Source: Azolla caroliniana (lineage: Eukaryota; Plantae; Polypodiophyta). Taken from it: a stretch of DNA of 64,000 nt. Positions 1 to 13,791 of the stretch are shown in pieces. The translations under genes were made by a program, and so were the position numbers. Numbering within the stretch: position 1 is the stretch's first letter; every line of letters starts with the position of its first letter. The stretch spans positions 22,940,001 to 23,004,000 of the forward strand of contig JBHGNT010000001.1 of NCBI GenBank assembly GCA_043228905.1. Reading direction: 5' to 3'. Under the pieces are notes generated by a model that was not told where the DNA came from, ran no database searches, and saw nothing but the letters and a program-made list of their open reading frames with translations.

Positions 1-2809
1 TCTGAAGCATGCTAGCACATGCCAAGTTACCCAAGACGTTTTGGGTTGAGGCGCTAACGACGGCGACCTACGTGATAAATAGATCACCCTTAGTTAGTAC
101 CCTTGGACAGAGACACACCGCAAAGAGTATGGGCCGGTAAGGACGTGTCTTACCGGCATCTAAAGGTGTTCAAATGTCTCGCTTACATGCATGTGGTGAA
201 GGAAAACATAGCAAAGCTAGATCCGAATTCCAGCCATGCATATTCCTTGCATACAGCGATGATGAGTTCAGTTACTGGGTGTGGTATCTGGTAGACAAGA
301 AGGTGTTCCGGAGTCGGAACATAGTGTTCATGGAAGACAGGACCATTGCCGACTAGGAGTCGGAGAAGAAGGTGATGAACTCCAGATCATCCAATGAAAA
401 CCGGCTTGAGGATACAAGGATATACCTGGTTGGAAACCATATGGCAGCCGGTAACCGGATGACACTCAAAGAACCGGCCTAATACGGATAAGAAACTGAA
501 CTTACCGAAGAAGAAGAAGAAGAAGAAGAAGGAGACATCGGAACCGAACAAGATCCCGAATAGGATTTGGATGAGGAAGAAACGGAGGAACCGGCAGTCA
601 GAAACCAAGGACGGACATATCCTCTCCGAGAGAGAAGAGCCCCCCGGAGATTTCCGGATGCAAAGCATGTGTTGCTAACCGATGAGGGGGAGCCGAAAAG
701 CTTTGAAGAAGCCAAGAGAGACACCCACAACCGCAAGTGGTTGAGTGTCGTGTAGGATGAGATGGATTACTTGCATGAGAACCACACATATGAACTAACG
801 GAGTTGCCAAAAGGGAAGAGAGAACTCCGGAACAAGTGGGTGTACAAGCTGAAACCGGAAGATGCCGGAAATCCACCAAGGTATAAGGTCTGAATCGTGG
901 TGAAGGGCTTCCAGCAGAAGAAAGGAGTGGACTTCAATGAAATCTTAGCCCCAGTAGTAAAGATGACATCCATCCGGACGGTATTGGGCATAGCGGCAAG
1001 CATGGACCTCGAGGTAGAGCAACTAGACGTGAAGAAGGCATTCCTCCATTGTGACCTCAAAGAGGGGATCTACATGCATCAACCGAAAGGATTTGAGAAG
1101 AAAGGGAAGGAGCACCTAGTGTGCCGGCTGAAGAAGAGCTTATACGGACTAAAGCAAGCTCCCCGGCAATGGTACCGGAAGTTTGACTCCTTCATGACCG
1201 ACCAAGGGTACCACAAGACGCAAGCCGATCACAGCGTGTTTGTGAAGAAATTTGACGGAGGAGATTTCATGATACTCCTCCTATATGTGGATGATATGTT
1301 GATCGTAGGACGAGACCAAGGCAAGATTTGGATGCTAAAGAAGGCTCTGAATCAGACATTCTCAATGAAGGACTTGGGTCTGGCAAGACAGATATTGGTA
1401 ATGCACATCATCCGGGACCAGTCGAAGAAGTTGTGGTTTTCACAAGAGAAGTATGTGACAAAGGTGCTTCAACAGTTCAACATGTCGGAGGTGGAGCCAG
1501 TCGATTCAACATTTCCGGCAAATTGCAAGTTGTCCAAAAAGCAGAGCCCGAGGAAAAAGGCAGAGAAGTCGGATATGATGAAGATACCATATGCCTCTAC
1601 CATCGGAAGCTTGATGTACACGATGGTATGTACCCGGCCGGATATCGGATATACAATCGGAATGGTAAGCCTGTTAATCAGCAATCCCGGTAGAGAGCAT
1701 TGGAATGCAGTCAAGTGGATACTCCGGTATTTGAAAGGCACCACGAGTATGTGCCTCCGTTTCGGCTCCAGTAATCCCCAACTTGACGGATTCACGGATT
1801 CAGATATGTCGGCTGATGCGGATACTAGTCGGTCTACATTCGAATATGTCATGACTTATGCAGGGGGAGTTGTTTCGTGGCAGTCGAGGTTGCAAAAGAC
1901 GATTGTGTTATCAACCACGAAGGCGGAGTACATGGCAGTTGTAGAAGCCGGCAAGGAGATAATCTGGATGAAGGACTTCATCGGAGAGCTAGGGATCCAA
2001 CAGGAGGAATACCGGCTCTACTGCGACAATCAAAGTGCCATCCACCTTGCAAAGAACACGGCCTACCATTCCCGGACGAAACGTATCCAGCGGAGGTACC
2101 ACTGGATCCGGGAGAGAGTAGAAGATCAAGAGTTCGTGCTGACGAAGATCCACACGGAGGAGAACAGGTCGGATATGCTAACCAAGGTGTTGATGACCAA
2201 TAAGTTGGATGCGTGCCGAAAGCAAATCGGGGTGACGAGACATCCCATGCTGGAGTGAAGGGGGAGATTGTTGGGAAATCGATCCCTCCGGATGGTATCC
2301 GGCTATGAATGAAGTGGACCCGGTGAGAACCGGAAGAGATCCAGAAACCGGATCGAATGGACCTAGTGAGAACCGGAAGAGAAGACATATTTGTAAATAT
2401 GTTTTGAGTAAGCCAATTGAGGCTATATTTGTAAATATCCTAAGTTCATATAAGTATAAATATGACTTAGGGCAATCACTTTATGTAGGGTAAGTGGTGT
2501 AGTTGTCATATTGTTGTATGTGTATAACTATTGTATAGACAGAGAGTGAGAGAGAGAGTGAGAGAGTGAGAGAGTAGCTACGAGCACTTTCTGTTGTAAC
2601 TGCCGTCTGGTGAAGATCGCGAGCATGAGGTCGTTGCCTCTGTGTCTCCACTTTGTATTTCCTCTCATATAGTGATAGTTGGAGTCCGTGGGCTCCCGTG
2701 GTTTTTCCCTATTAGGGTTTTCCATGTAAACATCCTGTGTCATCTCTGTGTGAGTTTGGTTTTCTTCCATTCGTTGTTCAAGACTCGGTTGTGGCCGAGC
2801 AATATTCCA
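1..2809 (+). mobile_element. Decayed Ty1/copia LTR retrotransposon, 3' part (integrase end, RT, RNase H, PPT, 3' LTR 2269-2809)
   Basis: ORF 897-2258 has QLDVKKAFLH, SLYGLKQAPRQW, LLYVDDML, YCDNQSAI and DMLTK. Upstream integrase tail has stops. PPT gaagggggaga at about 2257-2267 is followed by an LTR TGTTGGG...ATTCCA that is homologous to 40192-40695 and 31922-32492. Confidence 0.92.
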
Positions 2810-5145
2810 CGCTATTCTCATCAGACAGTACTTTGTGACTTTCATCGACGACTACAGTCGGAAGCTGTGGTCTTTTGTACTAAAGTCAAAAGACCAAGTA
2901 TTGTCGTTCTTCAAGGAGTTCCAGGCAAGAGCCGAACGGGAGTCAGGTCGGAAATTGAAAACTTTCTGAAACGACAATGGTGGTGAATATAGAGAGCCAT
3001 TCGAAGAATACTGCAAGGCCCAAGGTATTGGAATCGAATACACAGTGCCGAAGACCCTTGAGTTGAACGGGCTTGCAGAGAGGATGAATCGAACAATCAT
3101 GGAAAGAGTAAGGAGCATGTTGTCGCATGCTAAACTACCGAAAATATACTGGGTTGAGGCGATGTAAACGGTTGTTTATTTGATCAATAGGTCTCCCTCA
3201 GACCATTGAAGGGTGATGTCCCACAGAGGATGTAGACTGGTAAGGATGTCTCGTACCAACACCTAACGGTGTTTGGATGTTTAGCATATATGCATGTGCC
3301 TAAGGATCAAAGGTCGAAGCTTGATAGTAAGTCGAAGCCATGCATATTCATGGGATACTTGGAAGATGAGTTCGACTACAGGCTATGGGACTTAGTCGAC
3401 AAGAAGGTAGTGAGAAGTCGGCATGTAGTCTTCTTGGAAGACAGAACAATTGAGGACTGGAAGAAATAGAAGTCAGAATCAATTCCCCAGTCGCCCTCGA
3501 CTACCACCTTAAGACTAGCTGAACCGACATAGTCGGCTAATCGGAGACAGCTAGATGGAAGAGCTTAATCGATGTCTGTCGACTCAGAGAAACTGACCTA
3601 TGAGTTGGAGTCAACGGTCCTATTGAAGTCGATTGAAGAATTTGAATCGGGGTCAGTAGACATCCAGGAACCGATCAACATGAATGAACGAACCCGAGCC
3701 GAGAGCGGAGTTGGCAGATACATCCAAAAGAGGGTCAATGACTGGCATATGTTGTCAATGAGGGCTTCCAACAGAAGAAGGGTGTGGACTTTGACAAAAT
3801 ATTTGCTCTAGTTGTGAAGATGACGTCCAATAGAATTGTTTTGAGCATAGCTGCCAGTATGGATTTGGAGATCGAACAGTTGGATGTCAAGACAACATTC
3901 TTGCACAGGGAGCTGGATGAAGAGATCTACATGCAGCAACCCGAAGGATTTGAGGAAAAAGGGAAAGAGAACCTAGTGTGTCGATTAAAGAAAAGCGTGT
4001 ATGGTCTGAAACAAGCTCCACGCCAGTGGTACAAGAAGCTTGAATCCTTCATGGTGGAACATGGGTTTCGGAAAACACGATGAAGGTGACTTCCTAATTC
4101 TCTTATTATATGTGGATGACATGTTGATAGTCGGTCAAGATACGAGGAAGATCGGAAGCTTTAAGAAAGCTCTAGGCAAATCGTTTGCCATGAAAGATCT
4201 TGGACCGACTAAACAGATCTTGGGGATGCACATAGTTCGAGATAGAACTATGAAAGTGTTGTGGTTGTCACAAGAGAAGTATGTGACAAATATCCTAGAG
4301 AGGTTCAACCTGTCAGAAGCAAAGTCGGTCGGCTCTGTGTTGTCAACCAATTTCAAGTTAAATGCTAAGCAATGCCCGAGAGGGGAGAAAGAAAAGGCTG
4401 AGATGAGGAAAGTACCATATGCCTCAACCATCGGTAGTCTAATGTATGCTATGGTCTGCACGAGACCAGACATAGCTTTTGTTGTGGGAACAGTAAGTCG
4501 ATACATGAGTAATCCAGGAAAGGTACATTGGACAGCGGTGAAGTGGATACTTAGGTACTTAAAAGGCACCTCAGGGGTATGCCTAAGGTATGGTGTTGGA
4601 AAACCTATGCTCGAAGGGTTTACCGACTTGGACATGTCAGGGGACGTAGACTCAAGCCGATCCATGTCAGGGTACATGATGACCTATGCAGGGGGAGCTG
4701 TGTCGTGGCAGTCACGACTACAGAAGTCTGTGACCTTCTCAACCACAAAGGCAGATTACATGGCAGTGGTAGAGGCCGACAAAGAGCTGATTTGGATGAG
4801 AAACTTTCTTAGTGAGTTGGGGATGAAGCAAAGGGATTTCTTGCATCATTGTGACAGCCAAAGTGCCATATCTCTAGCCAAGAATGCTACATACCACTCC
4901 CGGACTAAGAATATACAAAGGAGGTATCACTGGTTGCAAGAAAAAGTCGAAACTGATTTCCTCCCACAGGAGTGAAGGGGAAGTTTGTTGGGAATATGTC
5001 CCTCCAGTGGGAGGAGCCGATTGTTTGGGCCGAGAAGAGCCGATAGTCAAAGACAAGGAGGAGCCGACTATTCGGGTCGAGTAATGAGAGTCGAAGAGTC
5101 GACAGTAGAGAGTCGGTTGATTAACTATCGATTATTATTATAACT

Positions 5146-5176
<31 letters not shown>

Positions 5177-5510
5177 TGTGTAGTAGGGGCTACACTTGTA
5201 AATAGCCCATATGATGTATGAGTATACATACATCTAGGGAAAAACATAGAGGTAGAGTTGAACAAGATAAGGTATTAGCCTCTATTATCAGTGAGCGTGT
5301 GAGAAGATAGAGAGAGTGGGCCATAGTTGTGTTCGTAACAGCAGACGCCAAGAACCTTGTGAGGCTGATATACTCCACAGTTGAGAGTGTTGCAATCTTC
5401 TCCCTTAGCTTTTGTTCTCCCGTTTTAGGGTTTCCGCGTAAATCTGTGTGCACTATGCTTTATGTTCATCTTGTTGTTTTGTGTGTGTTTCAGAGTTGTG
5501 TATTTCAACA
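2810..5510 (+). mobile_element. Second decayed Ty1/copia fragment (integrase, internally deleted RT, RNase H, PPT, 3' LTR 4986-5510)
   Basis: Integrase motifs (FGCLAYMHVPKDQRSKLDSKSKPCIF), QLDVKTTFLH, YVDDML and CDSQSAI in broken ORFs. PPT gaaggggaag then tgttggg...tttcaaca. Confidence 0.88.
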
Positions 5511-8500
5511 TATTCCTTTCTTGTGGATTGACGATCTGTTTCCCGTCACAACAACCCAATGCTCTCTTCTAGGATTGCTCACGAATCAGCTAACCACTCC
5601 GACTGCATATCCAATGTCTAACCCGGTACATACCATCCCGTACATCAGGCTTCCGACTGTTGAGGCATAAGGGACCTTATTCATCTCAGCCTTCTCTGTT
5701 TTCGATTTCGGACATTGTGTCACAGATAGTTTGTTGTTTGTTAGCAGTGTCGAGCCGACTGGTTTTGTGCTTTTCATGCCGAATCTCTAGAGCACCTTTG
5801 TCACATACTTCTCCTGTGACAACCACAATAGCTTCTTTGTCCGATCCTAGACAATGTGCATCCCCACGATTTGCTTTTCCGGACCCATATCCTTCATCGA
5901 GAATGACCTACTCAAGACCTTCTTCAAGCTTCTAATTTTTTTTGAGTCTCGTCCAACAATCAGCATGTCGTCCACGTATAGCAGGAGAATGAGGAAATCT
6001 CCTCCATCAAACTTCTTCACAAACACGCAGTGATCGTCCTTCGTTTTGTGGTACCCTTGATATGTCATGAAGGATTTGAATTTTCGGTACCACTGCCGAG
6101 GAGCTTGCTTCAGTCCATATAAGCTCTTTCTCAATCGACATACCAGGTTTCCTTTACCTTTCTCCATGAATCCTTCCGGCTGCTACATGTAAATCTCTTC
6201 CTCCAAATCTCCATGAAGGAAGGCAGTCTTGATGTCTAGTTGCCCGACTTCAAGATCCATGTTGGCCGCAATGCTCATCATTATTCGGATTGACGTCATC
6301 TTTACAATCGGAGCAAATATCTCGTCGAAATCTACACCCTTTTTCTGCTAAAAGCCTTTCACGATGATCCGGTCTTTGTATCTGGGTGGATTCCCGCCAT
6401 CTCTTGATTTCAACTTGTATACCCACTTATTCTAGAGTGCCCTTTCTCCTTTTGGCAACTCGGTCAATTCATATGTGTGGTTCTCATGCAAGGAATCCAT
6501 CTCCTCTTGCATAGCACTCAACCACTTTCAGCTGTGAGTATCTTTCTTAGCTTCATTGAAGCTTTCCGGGGCTCCCCTCATTAGCTAATAGTAGGCATTC
6601 TTCATCCGGAAATCTCTGAGGGGCTCTTCTTTCTCTCAAGGGATATCTTTTGCCTCCATTCGGCATAGTCGGTTCTTCTTCGGCTTCTTCGGCTAAGTCA
6701 AATTTGGTTCCTTGTTCGGCCGGTTCCCCTTGTTCCTCAGTCAATTCTCGATTTTGTTGATTATCGCTTTGGCCGACTGGTTCATATCCGATTTCGGTCT
6801 ATTCGACCGACATTCAATTCGTTCAATTCAGCTGATCATCAACTCAGCTCAAATTGATACTTGAATATCTATTTTCGATCTCCCAATTAGCTATCATCTT
6901 CTCTTCCATGAAGACGATATCTCAACTCCTAATCACCTTCTTGTCGATAAGGTCCCATAGTCGATAGCCCAATTCATCGTAGTCGGGGAAATAGACACGT
7001 TCAGGTCTTGGGATCGAGTTTCCCCCTTTGGTCCTTGGTTATGTGTACATAGGCCAGGCAACTGAACACTCTCAGATACTTGTATGGCACCTCCTTGTCG
7101 GACCATAAACTTTGTGGTATGTCACCTTCCAAGGGTATCGAGGGAGACCTATTTATCACATAAACGACTGCCATCAGCGCCTCAGCCCAGTATATATTCG
7201 GCAATTTCGCATGTGCCAACATACATCAGACTCTCTCCATGATAGTCTGGTTCATTCACACAACCATCCCATTCAGCTCAAGCATCTTCAACACTGTGTA
7301 CTCTAGTTGAATACCTTGCGTTCGACAGTACTCTTCAAATTGCCCTCGGTATTCACTTCCATTCCACACTGAATAGTTGGAGCCAGTTAACTTGAACATT
7401 CCACCGAAATGTTCGTCCATCACTGTGATACCAGTTTGAAGGGTATGAAGCCGGCCACAACCGGCTACTCGTATGCATAGATTAACATATTCGCATTCGT
7501 GGGGACTACCCCACGAATGCATATGAATAGGAATATGAATACATGCAAATGTATTCTTTTTTTTTCAATTAAATAAATAAATAATTGCGTTTTTTTGCAA
7601 GCAAGTGAACAATGAACAGCGAGCAGCAAACGAGGAAGCCTCACCCTACTCCCTTTGCATGCTGCTTACACCCTCGCCTCCCTCTGCATCCTACTCTTGG
7701 CTAGAAAATTACGGTTTCGGCTAAAAACCCTAATTTCTATCATAATCCTAATTTCGACAAAATTTCTTCTTTTCAACCTATGTCCTCGACTCCCTCTCAT
7801 GCTCTACACTAATCCTACATCCTGTTGTCCGCTGCAAAGTTAGGGTTTCACTGAAACCCTAAGTTTTGCCGAAGCCCTAATTAATTCATTATTAATGTAT
7901 TAATTGATTATTAATTAATTAACTAATCTTGTCCTATTAATTAATTAATTTTTTAATCAATTAAGATATGTATTTGTAAATTAATTAATGTATTAGAGAA
8001 GCAATTAATGTTTAAGTGAATTAATTAACTAATAGTAAATTAATTATTATATTAGTGAGTTAATTAATTATTGTTGTATGTGTGTGTATACACATATATG
8101 TATGTGTGTATATGTATCTATGGATGTGTGTGTATATGTATCTATGTATGTGTGTATATGTGTATATGTATATGTAAACGAATGGTTTTATAATATTCTT
8201 CGGCCCATTTTCTATTCTCGAATATCACGAATATTATGGATGTCGAATAGCACGAATAGCACGCATGGCTCAATCTATGCTCGTATGTATATTAGGGTGG
8301 AGAAATCGAGAAACAATAGCGCACAGACAGAAAGACAAGAAAGCAAAAATAACACAAGCACAGAAACATAGAAAATTTAACATGGAAAACCCGAAAGGGA
8401 AAAACCACAAGGGTCCACAAACCCCAAGAAACGAATCACTATATATAGAGCGAGGAATACAAGGAGACTCGAAGGCAACACCCTCGAGGTCGTCTTCGTC

Positions 8501-8830
8501 GAATGACGGTTGTATAGTTACTCACACCAACTCTCACACTCTCTCTATCACTCTCAATTACTAAGTCAACTACCCATTGTGTAACTATCCAACAACAATC
8601 AACTACACTAATGATTCCACTTCACATCAAGTTTGCCCTAGTTGTATTTATACTTATACAACTTTCTGGCTATTTACAGATATAGCCCACATGGGGCACA
8701 TTAAGACTATTTACAAATATTTAGTCTCCTGAATCAGTTATATAATTGATTTTCATTTTCGATTTTTGGCCTCAGGCGAATTACTCATTGACTCCCGCTC
8801 TTCCCAGCCAGAGGAACATGTTTCCTAACA
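5511..8830 (-). mobile_element. Internally deleted Ty1/copia element with 5' LTR (about 7437-8830) and tRNA-iMet PBS
   Basis: Minus-strand RT (SLYGLKQAPRQWY, YVDDML), integrase fragments and a gag start (MDEHFGGMFKLTGSNYSVW) fused directly to integrase. PBS tggtatca on the minus strand at about 7426-7433, next to an LTR TGTTAGG...TTCA. Confidence 0.82.
7476..8279. mobile_element. Non-autonomous hAT-type element (804 bp) inserted in a copia LTR
   Basis: 8-bp TSD ctcgtatg at 7468-7475 and 8280-8287. Termini CATAGATT...AATCTATG. Subterminal repeated gaata/tattc motifs and an AT-rich non-coding interior. Confidence 0.85.
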
Positions 8831-10335
8831 CAAACCATCAGTTGTTTTTACATACCCTTGTAACATGTGAAATGATACACTTTTCTTTCATATTTGTACT
8901 AACTTGGCACGTATATAATGACCATTATTGATAAGTACAACTTTCTATAGTATGTGTGAGGATGAGTTATGTGAATTGGCATTGTTCCCTTGAATTGATA
9001 ACAAAAGGAATCAAATCCATTCATATGGAATAATCACGTATAATTGCCGATCCATTTTCATTCCATGTGATCCACATTGGCATTAGGAATGGGCTTTGGG
9101 CTTTGGGCATTGCTAGATAGTTGATTTTGGGTTATGAGACATGCATTGTTTCTAGTGGTTCTGTTTACTAAATAGTTGATTTTGGATTATAGAGAGTTAA
9201 TGAATTAGAAATAAAGTCACTTCGTTCATCTAGAGTAATCATGTTCAATGAAGATACTAGACAATTTTCTTTCTTGAGGGAATTTTATGAAATTGGTGTT
9301 CATCTGTAGGGATTTATTTATTGCTACAATCACCTTTACCAACCCACAACACAAATTGGCTCTTTTGGTTCATAAAAATGTTGTGCAAGCAATTTGTACG
9401 AAGTTGACTTCATCTCAAGGGAACCTGTATAAAGTCTAAGATCAGCAAAGAGATGGCATAAAGAGAAGTAAACTATATAAAGTGATCAATCAATCAACAA
9501 AGTAAATCAACTATTAGTAAGAATGGTTGTTCTTGAAAGTCAATGGTTGTTGGGTCTTAGTAAACTCACGGGTGAAGTTTACAAGCTGATAAATTTGATA
9601 TCCAAGTATCTTCTTACAATTGGTATATATCTTTATTCACCGAGTTTTCACTGTACATAAATTCATAAATGCATTCCATACATGTTGAGGTATTCAAAAT
9701 GAAGTGATAGCTGCCATCCGTCAACTTGCCAAATATGTTCTTATCATCAATGCTATACTATTAGGCAAACATCACATGACACAAGCCAATATATGATTAC
9801 CTTGACATACAAACTAATCTTTGCTCAAGACATTGGCAAATGAGCAAGGCTACTGATGCTAGGTTATGGCATTGTTACACATACACTTCATCAGGTATGA
9901 AGTGTATGAAGTGTATGAAGTATCTTTTTTCAATGGAAGTGAACACATTGAGTCCCTCTTCGCCTAGGCAGGCGTCTAAGAGTGGCGATTGTTCAATGAA
10001 AAATGAGAGCTTTTGATCCCATTTATAAGACTCGTTAACCACCCTCCAACTTGTGAACTTAGTTCGAGGGTTCTAAACCTTATATCTCCCGCGAGCCATC
10101 ATAGGCCCTCATACTTACGTGACACGTCCATAGACATAACACTAGCATCCCATGTTTCATTTCCTTTTGCCATGTTCTATGCCATTCCCCTCTTTAGCTC
10201 CCTCTCATAGCAAGCGATGGCCAATTGGGCGACACTCCCATCCCAGAAATCAGTCTTTCAAGTGACTCACACGATATCTTTAATGCAAAATTACACTAGA
10301 ATCCACAAGTTTAATGTGGAGACTCCATTGTGCCT

Positions 10336-13300
10336 TCATTCTCCAGTTTTTTTCACACCAATGTTTCTCACTCTCATCATCTCGATCTTGTCAGCATCCT
10401 CCTTCATGCCAGCAGCTACATAGATGTTAATCATTAGGACGTAGGGTGCTGAACTAGTACAATTAAACTGTATGGCCTGCTCAAATGCCAGCCTACTGAC
10501 ATCGATGTTTCCCCAATTTCGACATGAACCCAACAATGCAAGCCAGAGAGGAAGATTCCCATACGAAGGAATATTCTTAACCACCTCCAACGCCTTCTCA
10601 ACATGCCCAGCACGGCCAAATAGATCGACCATACATGTATGGTGGTCTAAACTTGGTGTTAAACCATATTTTTTAGTCATATCCATGAAGTATTTCTCTC
10701 CTATTTCCACCAAACCTGAGTGACTACAAGCATTCAGCACACAAACAAAGGTCGAGGAATCAGGAATGAAACCTTTTTCTTGCATCCTCTCTAACATGTT
10801 CAAAGTTTCATCTCCCAGTCCTTGTTGGGCATATCCTGCAATAAGTGCATTCCAACATGCTAATGTCTGAGATGGAAGCATTTCAAACACTTGCTCTGCC
10901 TTTTCTAGTTCACCACATTTGGCATACATATCAAGTAAAGCTGTGCCAAGTACCACATCATTTTCTTCGAGTAGCTGATTCTGAATAATATCTTCATGAA
11001 TTTTTTGGCCCATGGAAACAGCTCCTATGCTTGCACAAGCCTTCAAAATGCAGCTTAACGTGAAAGCGTCTGGGGCGGATCCAACTTCATGCATATGCTC
11101 AAAACAATCCAACGCTTCTTCCCCTTTATCTTGGTGTACATATCCTGCAATGAGTGCTGTCCAACATGCCACGTCACGGACAATGAGACACCTAAATACT
11201 TCCTCTGCTTTTTCCATTTCACCAAATTTGGCATACATATCTACCAAAGAAGTACCAAGGGAAGAATGTTTCTCAATGAGCTTGTCCCTAACAATCTGAT
11301 CATGCATATGTTTCCCTTTCTCAACGGCTCCTGTAACAGCACAAGCTCTCAAGATGTAGCTAAATGTGGTGGAATCTGGAGGGATTCCTTCCTTTTGCAT
11401 TTGTTCGAAACAATCAAGTGCTTCCTCATTCTTCCCTTGTTGGATATATCCTGATATTAGAACATTCCAACAGACTACATTTCGAATTGAAAGCTCATCA
11501 AACACTTGTTCTGCCTTTGCCAGTGCACCACACTTACAGTACATATCGACCAATGCAGTAGTAAGGGAGATATTACTCCCCAATAACTTATTCCTAAGAA
11601 TGTCATCATGGATCTGTTTTCCCCTGTCGAGAGCACACATAATACCACAAGCCTTCAAGACACAAATATATGTCACATCATCTGGATAGAATCCCGCCTT
11701 TAACATGCATTCAAAAAGGTTGAGAGTTTCCTCACCATACCCTTGTTGAGCATATCCAGCAATAAGAGCATTCCAACAGATCAGATTCCGGACAGAAAGC
11801 TCGTTGAAAACTTGCTTGGCTTTTTCTAATACACCACATTTTGCATACATGTCTATCAAGGCAGTACCAAGAACGATATCTTTTTTCAACAAACCATAAC
11901 GCAAAACCTCATCATGAATTTGTTTGCCCATGTCAATCTCACCAATACTGGAACATGCCTTCAAAATACAGATATATGTGATGGCATTTGGAGAAAAGCC
12001 TTCTTTTTGCATTCGCTGAAAGCAATCCAAGGCTTGCTCTCCTTGTCCCTCTTGAGAATATCCAGCAATAAGCGCATTCCAACAAACCACCTTTCGAATA
12101 GGAAGCTCATCAAACACTTCCTCTGCCTTTTCCAATGCCCCACATTTCGCATACATATCTACCAAAGCCGTTGCAAGGGATATATTACTACCCAACAACC
12201 TTTTCCTAATAATCTCATCATGAAGCTGTTTTCCTTTATCGAGAGCTCCCATGCGGACACAAGCCTTCAAAGTACAAATATACGTGACTTCATCAGGAGA
12301 CAAATTTTCTTTTTGCATTTGCTCAAAAAGTTGAAGCGCTTTCTCACCCTTCCCATGTAGAGTATATCCAGCAATAAGAGCATTCCAAGAGACCACATTT
12401 CGGACTGGAAGCTTATCAAATACTTCCTTCGCTTTCTCCACTGCACCACACTTTGCATACATATCTAGCAAAGCTGTTCCAATGAAAATATCAGTTACTG
12501 AAAAACCATCTTTAAAAAGCTTCTCATGGATCTGCTCTCCTTTATGAACATTTTCAATATTGCCACAAGCTTTCAAGACACAAATGTAGGTAACTGAATT
12601 TGGAGGAAACCCTTCCTTTTGCATACGCTCGAAACAATGTAGGGCTTGCTCACCTTGCCCTTGCTGGGCATATCCAGAAATAAGTGCATTCCATGAGACA
12701 ACCTTCCGAACTGGAAGCTCATCAAAGATTTGCTCAGCTTTCTCAAGTGCACCACATTTAGCATACATAGCTATTAAAGCAGTACCAAGGGACATATTTC
12801 TTTCCAACAACCTCTTCCTAATAATATCATCATGAACTCGGTTTCCTTTCTCGAGGTCCCCTATGATAGCACAAGCTTTCAAGATGCATAGGTATGTGAT
12901 GGCATTTGGAGAAAACCCCTCTTTCTTCATCCTTTCAAAACATTTCAATGCCTCTTCTCCTTGCCCATGTTGGCCATATCCAGCAAGGAGAGCATTCCAA
13001 CATACAACATTCCGAACAACAAGCTCATTGAAGACTTGCTTTGCTTTATTGAGCACACCACATTTGGCATACATATTAATCAAAGCTGATCCAAGCATAA
13101 CATCATTTCCACAAAAACCATGTTCAACAATCTCATCGTGAATGGATTTACCTTTTTCCGAATCCCTTATAATAGCACATGCTTTCAATGTGCAAATGTA
13201 TGTTATAGCATTTGGAGACAATCCCTCTTTCTTCATTCGCTCAAAATACTTTAGCGCTTTCTCACCTTGACAATTTTGAGCATATCCAGCAATCAGTACA

Positions 13301-13791
13301 TTAAAACAAACCACTGTCCGACTGTAAAGCTCATCAAACACTTTTTCGGCTATTTTGAGAAAACCACATTTCACATACATATCTACCAAAGCATTTCCAA
13401 TAGCAACATCTTTTCCAAAGAACCCACTTGTAACAACCTCATCATGGATTTTCTTGCCTTTTTCCACATCCTTTAAATTACCACAAGACTTTAAGATGCA
13501 AATGTATGTAATAGCATCTGGAGAGCATCCATCTTTCTTCATTTTGTTAAAAAGGAACAATGCTTGTTCGCTATGTCCTTGATGGACATATGCACCAATC
13601 ATCGCATTCCAACGTACGACATTTCGAACCTGAATCTTATCGAAAACTTCTCTAGATTTACCTAAAGCACCACATTTAGCATACATGCTAACTAAAGAGC
13701 TACCAATATATGGGCATTTTTCAAGCAAGTCAGTTCTTTCAAGAAGATCAACGTGCACTAGACGTCCCTTATAAATCTTTGATTTTTGCAC
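10336..13791 (-). CDS. PLS-class pentatricopeptide repeat protein with C-terminal E domain (no DYW), single exon; 5' end apparently frameshifted
   Basis: 1151-aa ORF of about 10 P-L-S triplets (WNALIAGY / TYICILKAC / ALVDMYAKCG). It ends in HHTCMVDLFGRAG...WLALLGSCRNWG...PYVLMINIY with no HxE/CxxC/DYW. The listed start is GTG and the first in-frame ATG is at 13686. Confidence 0.93.
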   Translation of the reverse strand: MQKSKIYKGRLVHVDLLERTDLLEKCPYIGSSLVSMYAKCGALGKSREVFDKIQVRNVVRWNAMIGAYVHQGHSEQALFLFNKMKKDGCSPDAITYICILKSCGNLKDVEKGKKIHDEVVTSGFFGKDVAIGNALVDMYVKCGFLKIAEKVFDELYSRTVVCFNVLIAGYAQNCQGEKALKYFERMKKEGLSPNAITYICTLKACAIIRDSEKGKSIHDEIVEHGFCGNDVMLGSALINMYAKCGVLNKAKQVFNELVVRNVVCWNALLAGYGQHGQGEEALKCFERMKKEGFSPNAITYLCILKACAIIGDLEKGNRVHDDIIRKRLLERNMSLGTALIAMYAKCGALEKAEQIFDELPVRKVVSWNALISGYAQQGQGEQALHCFERMQKEGFPPNSVTYICVLKACGNIENVHKGEQIHEKLFKDGFSVTDIFIGTALLDMYAKCGAVEKAKEVFDKLPVRNVVSWNALIAGYTLHGKGEKALQLFEQMQKENLSPDEVTYICTLKACVRMGALDKGKQLHDEIIRKRLLGSNISLATALVDMYAKCGALEKAEEVFDELPIRKVVCWNALIAGYSQEGQGEQALDCFQRMQKEGFSPNAITYICILKACSSIGEIDMGKQIHDEVLRYGLLKKDIVLGTALIDMYAKCGVLEKAKQVFNELSVRNLICWNALIAGYAQQGYGEETLNLFECMLKAGFYPDDVTYICVLKACGIMCALDRGKQIHDDILRNKLLGSNISLTTALVDMYCKCGALAKAEQVFDELSIRNVVCWNVLISGYIQQGKNEEALDCFEQMQKEGIPPDSTTFSYILRACAVTGAVEKGKHMHDQIVRDKLIEKHSSLGTSLVDMYAKFGEMEKAEEVFRCLIVRDVACWTALIAGYVHQDKGEEALDCFEHMHEVGSAPDAFTLSCILKACASIGAVSMGQKIHEDIIQNQLLEENDVVLGTALLDMYAKCGELEKAEQVFEMLPSQTLACWNALIAGYAQQGLGDETLNMLERMQEKGFIPDSSTFVCVLNACSHSGLVEIGEKYFMDMTKKYGLTPSLDHHTCMVDLFGRAGHVEKALEVVKNIPSYGNLPLWLALLGSCRNWGNIDVSRLAFEQAIQFNCTSSAPYVLMINIYVAAGMKEDADKIEMMRVRNIGVKKTGE

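Noticed and set aside
8831-10335. Possible RNA gene or element downstream of the PPR gene
   Set aside because: Only short tandem repeats (gtatgaagt x3, tgggctt x2-3) are present. No TIR, TSD or structured RNA was recognised.
10336-13791. DYW deaminase domain, or a CRISPR-like repeat array
   Set aside because: The roughly 306-bp periodicity comes from PLS triplets, and the protein ends after the E domain without HxE/CxxC.
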